Both the position numbers and the translations under genes were made by a program. From Phoronis australis (taxonomy: Eukaryota > Animalia > Phoronida), in contig NMRA01000401.1 in assembly GCA_002633005.1 (NCBI GenBank), forward strand, positions 1 to 64,000: a DNA stretch of 64,000 nt, written 5' to 3'. Shown here piece by piece: positions 37,001 through 49,000 of this stretch. The notes under the pieces are model-generated. The model saw nothing but the letters and a program-made list of their open reading frames with translations, made no database searches and had not been told where the DNA came from. Each line of letters opens with the position of its first letter. Position 1 is the first letter of the stretch.

Positions 37001-40000
37001 AATGCAGAATCTGGTAAATTCTTTAATATTGTATAAAATCATTTTAAAGAAAAACATTAGACATTATGTTTCAGCGTAATAGGAGTGGCCATTTATGATG
37101 CGGGTAGACAAATGGCGCGAAAGGCCTTCTGATATCAACTTGTTTAAAACTACAATGGGGGGCATTGGAAAGTGAAAACCGAGAGAGAGGGGGGAAATAG
37201 GAATAGCTAGGGGTAGCTCAGTGAAGACTGTTTTCTGAGGTAAAAATAGAATTACCTTATGATATGTGTTACCACTGTCAACACACCCACACTGGTCTTT
37301 GTGAATACAATCGTCCCCCTCCCGAATATAGTCTGCTTTACACTGGCACCCCTCTTGATCTTCGACTGGACATGAAGTCGGGGGTTTGGGCTCGGCACAA
37401 GTAGCTGGGCAGCTGGTCATCTTTTCAAGGTATTTAGCGTTAGCTCCACACTTCAGCGCTGAAAAACAAATGCATCAGGATCTGCATCAATTTATACGTA
37501 GGTTGATTTTTTTATTTTTGGGGTCACAAGGGTCAAAGCTCCTTCAGCCTTCCGGACACGATCAAAACAAAACAACTCGTCGGCATGCTCTCTTTCGACA
37601 TCCCAGATTGGACAGTAAATTAAGCTTGTAAATGGCGATAACCTAACTTCGTTGTGGTAAGAAAACTTTTGATTTTGACGACTTGTCGTCATGAAAATGC
37701 TCTCGAATTTATACTTAGTCAAAGTGGAGGTGATGACGGGGCTTTGCAAGAACTGGCAAATAGCTATTGCTTGATACCAGTCTCTGCAAGTTGGCTTGTC
37801 ACAGCGTGTAGGCCAAACATGGCCTTAAAGATGCTTTTCCTATACGATAACTAACTTACAACACAGGATGAGTTCCGTCAGTCAAAATTTATCATTCAAT
37901 AAAAAATAAATATTTAGTAACCTTTAGCCCTGTTTGTTTTTGTCTAATTTCTACACTATTATTTTTCCGCGGAAACTTCCTCACATTAAATGGCCGCATT
38001 CGAGTAAGTACCCACAATGCATGAGTCAATTGTCACTCACTAATGCGGCCATTTTAAAAAATAACTAAGAACTTTATATTAAGTTCTGCTACATGTAAAT
38101 TTGAAAATATTTGGAGTTGTGGAGCATTATTTGGGATTAAGTTTTGACTAAACTAACTTGTGTTAAAACCCGCTTTATGAAGTTTTCAACTAAAATGAAG
38201 TGGAAAGAAATAACGAAATGTCATGATCGGTTCTTTCTAAACCCAGATTTCACTTTTAATATGACTAAAGAGAAAGTTGTGATCAATTATACAGCGGTAA
38301 GTGATCTAAACAAAAATCAGTTCTCGCACGGAGGGCGGGTTATAGCCACTTGAACAGATTCATTATTTTTCGAGTAATTATGTTTTGTTTCTTCTTTTAA
38401 TTTTCAAGAAATATTCTATAAGCAGTGGCTGCATTTTTTATAATTTACATGTTTTAAATTTCGGATAAAAAAGACTTCTTCGCTCTAATAAAAGGTCGCA
38501 AAATGATAATTAACATATGTCATAAGTTGAACAGTCTGTACACGGTCACAATGCTCGTCATCAAACCACATACGATCCCTAGTAGTAGCAGCTGCTACGT
38601 TGATGCAAACCATATTATGTGCTAATGTAATATGGGATGGAACAGAGAGTCTCACTCTGATCGGGGGCCCGTTGCAAAAAACTGACTTAGCAAAGACAAA
38701 TCTTAAAATCTCAGTCAATTTTAAGATAAAACATGAATTTGTCTGAAGTCCGTTTCAAGAAAGAGAACAGTAAGTTTGACTTAAGTTTTCAACTTAAGTT
38801 TTGTCTTAATTTTGACTAACTTACCGGATGTGGGAGTTTCAAAGTTAGGAAGTAGCCCAGATACTATGCCTCTTGGCGCTTTCTGGCTCTGTATATACAT
38901 TGTACTGACTATTTCATAATAAGCATTCAAAAAAGTTGAGACAAATCTTCTATTTATGTCAAAAATGAACTTAAGTCAGTTTCTTAATTTGGAATGGGCC
39001 CCTGGTCTGCATCTCACTGGGGATCTACATCGCATGCACCGACAAACGCTTATGAAAGCTCTATCAAGGCTATGCCGCCGCTTTTTGAATTTTGGTTATG
39101 TTGGAGGGAGTCCCTACCCCTTAAATGCTCTTATGCATCGCTGTCCACGTAAAACATTTTGGAAACGGGTAAGCGCTTCTACGGAACCCGAGTCAAAAAT
39201 CTCTGACCAACTCCTTGTATACCAGTCTAAAAGATCGTTTTCCTCAGATGAGATGTTTTGTGAACAAACTAAAGCCACATAGCAAAGCGTGCATTCTTGC
39301 TTCTTACTTGACACAAGCTAACTTGAAATCAGTCCCTGTAACATTATACGTTTGTAGGAAGCGCACTAACTTTACAATAACTGAAAAATATTCTTCCCAC
39401 AGTGACAGTCTGTAATTAATAGTGAAGCCCACTGGACACCCTAAAGCACAAAACTTTTGTTAAGCAAATTCTACTAGGTATTTTGCCCCTGGTGGGCTGG
39501 CCTCGCGCATTTGGAATGTGGGATGTAAATCGAGACGGAACAGTGTTCACTACTTACGACAGTCCAGTTCTTCCCTCCAACGAATGTGTGTTATCTTATA
39601 TCCTTTCAAACGGCAAATGTTGGCGAAACTGTCCAGTTCGGCGCACTTGTTCGTGCCCTCGCACACGTCGTACACGCAGTCATCGAACAGATCATCGACC
39701 ATACTCTTATCAATGCCACGGACACACTGACCGAATACACCTAGCAAGGGAAATGTGAACGTGGTGAAAGCAGTCAAATTCCGGTCAGGTGCAGTGGACA
39801 AGAAATTGATTAGACTGTGTTCTTTTAAAGAAGTGATTCTTTTACGGTAATCTGTCCACAGAACGTATCGTTTTGGCTAGCTAATCTTCGTGTCACGTGA
39901 TCATCTGGAACCTGTTTAGATGTAAGACATCTTACTTTTAAATGAAACACCACTGCTCGGAATAACATCTTTATTTTGATTTCATTTCAGTTACTGTAGA

Positions 40001-43000
40001 AATTGCCGTCGGAGTCAAGATGATGATACATTGCCGAAATATTGAAATACCCTCAATGACTTAAACGCGTGTGGGTCTACATCGGCCTATTCGGACACTT
40101 TTTCCACAAGGCCTGGGACGTTCCACCCAGCAAGACACTCGCGAGTGACAGCTGGTGTGATCACGTGCTTTGTTTGTCATCATGCTCATACCTCACCAAG
40201 ATTTGCGTGACCTTGGTTTCCTTGCAAAGAGACTTGCTGTACGGAACACAGTCTTGTCTGTCTCTAAAAGGGACATTCGTTTTTCCGGCAAAAAGCGCAA
40301 TTTTGGGATTACTGTTGAATAGAATAGACTTATTAGGCTTGACCAGACCTACTCCGTTGTTTTTGTGATTCTGTTACAAATCTCCAATTTTCACCGTTGT
40401 CTGCCAAACATTCGCTGAAATCAAGGTCGGTAATTTTTCCATTTTGATACCATTAAAATGCTCTGCCGTCATTGCGTGGGATTTTGCTCAGCCAGCAGAA
40501 CGTTTGGTTTCAATGTAAAAGTTTCAGAGTCGAATACGCGCTGGGCTGCTGTCACTTTAAAAGTGCAACGTACCGTTTCTGTCCTTCAGAGGAGCGCAGA
40601 GACCGCGGGCCTTGTGATGAGCCATAGATGAACAGTTCATAGGCGTCAAGCCTGGAGATACGCATCTGAGAAAAGAATAATATGTGAGTACAAACACGTA
40701 AAACCCGGGGAGGGGACTCTCTCCAAAAATGAGACCTCAAAATCCAGACAAACGCAATACCTTGGCAGACGACAAAATACCCACCCGAGAAAATACCCGA
40801 GAGGGCCACAATAACCACCGAGTTGTCGGCACATCCCTACTCGCCCCTTCTATATGGGATAAAAACACTTTTGTTACTTTTCTTCAGTTCAGTTCAATTT
40901 TTCCTCGTTTCTGATCATGCTGATTTTTTCGTCGAATTATTTGCTATTTGTTATAATCGACATCTTGTTTTAACAACACACTCGCTAGACGGCGCACCAT
41001 AGGGGGCTGGGGAGCTATAGCTTACTATTTCAGTACTGCACCTCCCATGGTCAGATAAGCGGCGCACCATAGGGGGCTGGGGGAATATAGCCCCCCACTT
41101 ATTTCAGTGCAGCGCCGCACATGAGGTTTGTAGTAATGGAGCAACACCAACGGCTTATTTTGAGAACGCGAGCACTAGTTGTACTCGTTCATACAATTGT
41201 AATGGAATTGTTGAACGAATCATGCGTCGCTGATAGAATCTGTCCACGCTTGGTACAAGGGCGGATTTTACAGTAACCTTGAGTATTTTTTGAGCAAACA
41301 TTACACTAGTACGTACTGAAATGCGCGAGTGCCTTGCAGTCGTCCAGTGCCGGACAAAGCACACGCGAATCTGCCGGAAGTCTTCACACTGCGGATGTTT
41401 TCTACTACAGGATTACTGTCATTAAAACTAAATTCGAGCTTCAACTTGAAACCTTAAGTTTGTATTCACATTTATAACAATCTAGGGGTCATTTAGTGCG
41501 AACTTGGACAAGACATTCATCTGCCATAATATACTGGAGCACAGAATAACAGACACCTTTCTTGAGTTCGTATTAATGTAGAAAGGAAAATGTCGAAAAT
41601 AGTTTTGGGTATGAGTCCAGAAATTAGACCCTGGGACCCAAACTTAGCGACTTTCGCCAGATTCTGCACGTGCACTGTACAGCGACGATTGCATTGCGCG
41701 AGTGCAATGCCTTCGTATGAACGATTGCAGCGCAGAGTTCGCAAAAGAACAATATACCCATGTCCACTTGTGATACGTGCACACCACATTCGTTACTTTC
41801 CGTGTGTTTCGGTATTGATGTATAAACAACAAGTCTTTTAATGCAAAAAATACGTATGAAAACGTCATATGAAAATCACAATTTTCCACACTACTAAAAA
41901 GCGTAACCGTCACATCAAAAAACTAGTTAACAATGTTTGATTCATATTTTCTACAACTCAGTTGTTTGGCACTGAAGATATTAAGTCAAAGGGTGTGAAA
42001 ACCTCAACACCATCAACTCACTGTTCGTGTGTATGCCCTATTTTAGGCACCAACCAGGACTCGACTACTTCCTTGAAGACAAGATTTCGATTTCGTTTCG
42101 TTCGTGGTCTGGGGATCTCCAACTGGGTACCATTTCTCAAAATGGCGTCGTCCTGCAGCACAAACGGGTGGTTTTTAAACATGAAGTATAAGATAAACGG
42201 AAACAATTTGAATGAAATATATGACAGCAGGTGAAGAAAACACCGTTTCCAATAAATGAGACGAAATACTTTAACGCAGGGGCGGATCCAGGATTTTAAG
42301 TAAGGGGGGACAGAGTATTAGCCAAGATTTTACCCGCCTGACATTCGCAACCCCGAACAGCCAAATGGAATAAGGGAAAATTTTACGGGGGAGGGCATGG
42401 GCCCTTTGGCCCCCTTTAATCCGCCACTGCTTATGCTGTTCTATTCCCAGTGCTGATAAATATTTTGCCTTAATTAGCTGTACAACTAATTCATATTAGG
42501 TACCGAAGTGTCTGTTTGAAAAGATACATCAAGTGATCAACTGAATTACTGGAACTGTTTCCTTGTGAACTAGTTGCTTTACTTACCCATTTTTTCCTGT
42601 TGTAATTTCCACAAAGGCCACACACTTTTCTGCGATAGGTTCTGGGAACAGTAATGTAGACGTTGCTGCCCTTGTATTGGACACGCAGTCCGAAGTCCGT
42701 GTACATGGTGGGTTTCGTCCCAACCATCACTATGTCAATGAACTCACCGGAATGCAGAGTTTTGATATAGGGCAGGACGACTAGTTTGCCATTGACCTGA
42801 AAGTAAAAGTTAAAAGTTAGGTGTAGGGAGCTTATCTTTTCAGAAGACTATCTTCATGGGTGATGGAAAGCAGCCGAGTCCTCGGTCCAACGCGACTAGA
42901 TTAAAGTACTACGAATGTGCTAGAGAATACACGCATCCGTTCCATAGACTCAATACACTCGCGAAAACGCAAGAGCCCGCAAGTCTTCTAGAGATATTGC

Positions 43001-46000
43001 CATGCATTTCAAGCAAAGCCCGTGATTACGCTATCCTTATTCGCGAAATTCTTGCATCTACGGAGCTCGACCCAGGTAGAAATTAATCAACAGAATGATC
43101 GCATGTGAATCTGTGAATCAAATGTCCGGAGACTATCGGCTGTGTAACCAGCGCCAGTATCTCCAAAGAGTATAACTGATCCTATCAATGACATTGAGGA
43201 AGCAATATGGCTTAGTGGGACATTGTCCGCCTCCTTTACTCAAAGCCAACTGGGGCTCACTGCTAGATTCTTAAGTAAGGTTTCTAGCTCCTCGGCTTAG
43301 TTTGAACTGTGTATAGTAAAGCATTAGAACGAGTCCAGGTGACCAGTGCAATAATCCTGCTACCTGAGCTGCCTGCGCACGTCTGATACAAGATGTGCAA
43401 TTATTTTTTATCAATGAGATTGGTATAAACGCTCCCGATCACGCTCATTCGAAATAATATTCATCATCTACCCGGCCGTGGGACGTAATAATGTACATAC
43501 ATGCAGTAATGTCAACGATAACGTCACACGGAAACGGACGAACTGTATCAAACGAGCTTGTTCCCAATGCTTAAAGGTCACGTATTACACAAACCTTACA
43601 TTTATAAACACAATTCCTAGCCTTGCGACATTGTAGAGCTTTGAACAATATTTCTGTGTTGTCACTTACGAAGACTTTCCCGTTGCTGAGCATGCGTATC
43701 TCCGTTCCGTAGATGTAAATCGTTATACTCTTGGCGCACGTGACCGGCGCTTGCGGTGTGCCTCTTCCACACATCCGGTTGCTCATTTCTATGTTAAAGC
43801 TTGGATTAACAGTGTCCGGACATGTCTTCACCAGTGTATAAGTGCAAAGCCCGTTGTCGACGAAACTCATTCCATCGATCTGCTTAATATGAGGGTCTCC
43901 GGTGACCAAGCAGTAGCCAGGACCTTTCTCTAAAAGAAGAATATTTGACATTGTTGAACAAGATAAACGCAAAGAGTTGATATGCTCATGCGCACACGGT
44001 ACGTTTCTGGGGGTGCTTATCATGTAAAGTAAAAGGAGAAAACAAATTGACCACAAGAGGTCACTACAATAGTCAGAATTGTAAAAAATATCAAATCCAA
44101 AAGTTTTAAAATGACTGGTAATCAGATTTTCAGTAGCATACTGAAAATGTCACCAAGAGACATGTAGCATTAGACATCCAAAAGATGGCAGCTTAGTCGT
44201 CTTCTTAAAGAACGACCCTAGTCTGCCGGGTTTGGCAAATAATTGATAGGTGTCATCATTTTCATAATGAAACACAATTGTTAAATTTCATATCAAGCCG
44301 GTGAACCCCAGACACAGATAAGGCGTGCTGGAGTAGTCAAGTCGGCAGATGCTGTCATTCATGTAAGCCTATTCCCGCCTACTGGTGTTAAGTTTCGTGA
44401 AAGTCCCTCGTTAGCAATCTACCTATCACACGGAAATGATTTCGACGAGGAAAAGCGTGTTCGAAAGTAAAACTGTTATTTATGGGTGCTAGGGAAGTCG
44501 AATCTGTCAAATAAACAATTGTTCCGATGCACCTCTGTCATAGACTTCTGTTAAGTTCTCTAGGTATCTTTTGACAAAGACTCTCTTATCAAAAGTCACA
44601 TCCGTCCGAAAACCCACTTGTATAGGCAAGTGTTTTACATTAAGTTTGTTTAAAACCTGGCGCTAAAACCAACGCACATTTCGGAATAACTTGTCGAACA
44701 TTATATGGAGAATAAGGAGTGCTACGGTGGTCAAATCTGTCTGAAAACCAAACTTATTGTTCAAGGTGTATTTCCGCCAAAATACCCCAGATGCCGTGTG
44801 AAAAGTTTCACCAAGACCTCAGGTCTATCGGTATTCTTTATATCATCCTAAAACCCGCAGTTGACAAACGCAAGGACTTGTGAAAAACTAAAGTGGCCAC
44901 TAGGGGGTGCTAAAGTGGTCGAATCCATCAAAAAATCAACTGGTGCTGGTAAATCTCAATGACATATCTCTGTGCCAATGTTCACCAACGTTCTTCAACT
45001 GGTTCTACAAATTTCATCAGGAAACGCCTTTGGCAAGGAACATGCTGATGGAATTAAAACAGTCTCATAAAACATGCGGAAGTCAACCTTTTTGTGTTCT
45101 TAAAAGCTTTCAGTATTGGAATAGTGGGTAAGTGTGCAAAGATAAGTAAATGAAAACGAAAAATTTCCAGCACATTTTGAGACCGTTAATGGTTACAAAA
45201 TGCGCTTGGTTTATGATGAATGGAGGTCTAAGAGATACAATCTCTTGTTGTTCGGTATCAACGACCCCACTCGTGACACAACCAGTGAGAATGTAAAGCA
45301 GGTAGTCAAAGGCTTCATAGAAGAAAAACATCTACTTCATCACAGTTATGTGAACTCGCTCGTGTTTTCCAACTGTCACAGGTTGTCGAAACCTCTACAG
45401 TCCAGAAAACCAAACGCTTCTAGAGCAATTATTCTTAAATTTGTGATGCTGAGTGACCGAAACAATATTCTAGCTGCAGGGTCAAAGCTAGTTGAGAGAG
45501 AAGGTCTTGCTGTCCGTACCGACATGCCGCCACTGTTAAAGCAGAAGAGAGGAGAACTGACACACAACATCGCTAATGATTTGAGAAAGCAGCAGATGTT
45601 CACTCGCATCAAGGAAGCTCCTGATATGATTTGGTTGGAGGTGCGGAAAAACAAAAAGAACCATGGTGCAAATTTGCAGCGTAACTATATCCCAGTACTT
45701 TGTGTCTAGTGACTATATAAGTATCCTCATTGGCCAATGTTAATTATTAATACCAGCGCCTTATTGTTTTTTCTTTGTTTTCTGTTTTTGTTATTTCAGT
45801 AGCAGGGAATTGATTATGGCAAGTCTCGACAGACTTTATTGTCTGTTATTTATAGTGCCACTGCGCTGGTGGGGCTCTGACCTACCCTTGGTATATATTT
45901 TTTGTATTAAACTCAAAACTCATACAATACTGTGCTCTGTTACTTCTATTTGTCTGTTTTCTCCGGCTGGATGTACAACAATTCTATCTCACACTCGTGA

Positions 46001-49000
46001 ACCAGGATGTTAAGGAAGGTTTTTGGGTTTGTGTTTTTAGGTGTTTGTTTGTGTAACTATGTAACATTGACCTATATTTGGGAAAGGAGGTAATGTCTTT
46101 ATAAGACCTGTTTATCACGTAGCTCGGAAGTCATATCGGATATTTTGTTTACAGGTCTGTGAGTCAATTTATCCTTGTTATTTCATTGACATCTATCTAA
46201 TATTTAAAAGACGATTAACATTATGTCTTTAAACTGCAAAGGTTTACGTAATTTTCAAAAACGCATGGATGTTTTTAATTATCTAAAGGTAAAAAATATA
46301 ATTTTCATTAGATATAATTTTTATTGTCTCCAAGGCACACATTTCACAGAATCAGACCATGATATGATTAGAGCCCAGTGGGGCTTTGACATCTTTGTGT
46401 TTCCGTATAGAAGAGATGTACGGGGTGTGACTATCCTAATTAATAATAATTTTGATTATGAAACTACAAATAATTATAATGAAGAAAAAGGGAATCTTTT
46501 AATTATTGAAAAAGTATTGGAAAAAACTATCACAGTTACCCTAGCCTACGGTCCTAACCAAGATTCTCCACTTTTTATGAAAACATAGCAGATCGCATAT
46601 CTCTGTTCAACCCCGAATTTGTTGTTATGTGCGGAGATTGGAATTTGGTCCAAGATTATGATCGGGACTGTTTTGATTATATCAATCAGAACAATCCTCA
46701 GGCTAGAAAAGCAGTTCTAAATTTAAAGCAAACATTTAATTTGGTTGATCCTTGGAGAGGCCGTACCTCTTTTACATGGAGTAGGAAAAACCCAGTTAAG
46801 AAATCACGCCTTGACTTTTTTTCTAATTTCCGACGAGTTATTATCTTTGTTAAACGCGTTAGAAATAAACTCAGGCTACAGAAATGATCATTCAGCCATT
46901 CGGTTGGAGATAAAATTGCAATCTGTCGAACGTGGCAGAGGCTTATGGAAATTTAATAATTCTCTACTCCGGGATAAAAAGTATGTGGACCAAGTAAAAA
47001 ATATTATTCAAGGCACCAAAAGTGAATATGCTTCTGTCACTGACGAAGCTTTACTGTTTAATATGCTTCTGCTAAACATTAGATCTTCCACTTTGACATA
47101 TAGTGCTTTCAAAAATAACGAAAAGAAAAACAGAAAATTGCATTTAGAAAGATTAATAAATACTGTCCACCAGTTCGTTCAGAATACCGATTCTCAATTT
47201 TGCAGTGGTTGGCTAGAAATTCTTCAGGCCGGCTACGAAGAAATTAGAAAGGGATACATCGATGGTTTAATATTGAGATCTCGTGCTCAGTGGATAAAAA
47301 TGGTGAAAAACCAACAAGATATTTTAGTAATTTAGAAAAACCGAATTTTGTTAATAAAAACATCTCAAGCTTAATAGATGACAATGGTACATTGATATGT
47401 AGTAAAAGGGAATTCCGCAGGAAATAAAAAAAAATTACTCCAATCTTTATGCCTCAAAGGATGAACACTTTTCTCAATATGATTTAGATGCAATTTTAGA
47501 AAACACTGACTCACCAAAATTGAAAGATACTATAAGAGATTCATTGGAAGGAAATATTACCTATGTTGAAATTCTATTTGCTCTCACAAAATGAAAATAA
47601 CAAGATCCCAGGTCCCGATGGTTTTACAGTGGTATTTTACGAATTTTTTTGGTCTGATTTGAGCGATGATTTAGTTGGAGCTTTTAATTGTATGTTTTTA
47701 CAGAATTTGTTACCCTCCGCTGTAAAACAAGGTGTTATCCAAATTAACCCAAAAACTAACAAACCTAGGGAACTTTTCAAAAACTGGAGGCCAATTTCAT
47801 TGCTCAATATGAATTAAATTAATTTCAGCTTGTATTGCTGAACGTGTTAAGTCTATCTTAAACTGTTTGATCCACGAAAACCACAAAGGTTTTAATGCTG
47901 GTAGATTCATTGGTGAAAATATTGGATTAATCTATGATCTTATCTGTGCACCTGACCAATTGAATATTCCTGGATTACTGGTCTTGGTGGATTTTGAAAA
48001 GGCGTTCGACTCAGTTTCTTGGGTATTTCTACAAAAAAAAACTTTTTTAATTTTGGTCTTTAACATCAAAAAGTGGCTTAATGAGGGCGCTATGGCTTGT
48101 GTAATTCAATATGGAAAAACCTCTCAACTTTTTGGGTTTGAGGTTGCAATCAAGGAGACCCTTTATCTCCCTATCTTTTTCTACTATGTGCTAAGATTAT
48201 GGGAAATCTCTTTAGAAAAAACAAAAATATAAAAGCTATCCAAATTGGATCTAAAGAATTTAAACTAGTCTAATACGCAGATTACACTGCTATCATCCTT
48301 GATGGTTCCGAAAGATCATTAAAAAAACTTTCTTGATCTATTTGACCAGTTCTCGAAGTATACAGGTCTAACTCCGAATTTAGAAAAAAACAACTGCCGA
48401 TAGGTTCTATGAGGCAAAGCAATTCAAGGGTTTATTCTGAAAAGGATTTAAAATGGTCTAGCTTACAGTTTACTGTGCTCGGGATTGTTTTTTCTACCGA
48501 CATCCAGGAAATGAGTAATTTAAATTTTGATCGCAAATGGGTTGATGTTAAAACGGAAATTGTAAGATGGTCAAAAAGAAACTTAATTACTCTTGCTAAA
48601 GTTATTGTGGTAAAATCATTTCTTCTCCCAAAACAGATCCATGTTTTGTCACGTTTGCCAATCTCCAACGATCTGTTCTGTAAAGATTTAGAAAAACTGT
48701 TACATTTGGGGAGGAAAGTGTGACAGAATGGGGCGCAAAATCATGATTCAACATGATGGTTGTAAAACGATAGATGTTTATTTTTGTAAAGGTAATTAAG
48801 ATAACATGGATGCGTAGGATTTCAAAGTCCACATATTCTACAACATGGTTAAGTCTCCTCTTAAACATTGATTTAGTATCATTGGATTGTCTAACATTTG
48901 GGAACTATTTCTACAAACGTGCCGCTTCTCAAACTGCGAACGTTTTTTGGAAGGAACTATTTAACCTTCTGTATGATTTTCTGATGTAATAGATCAGGTG

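Noticed and set aside
40190-40263. Cys-containing candidate exon between VWD and C8
   Set aside because: No entry/exit phase combination gives a sensible C8 lead-in; 40574-40665 fits exactly
41155-41405. Another Cys-containing candidate exon
   Set aside because: Stops or wrong phase; no domain resemblance
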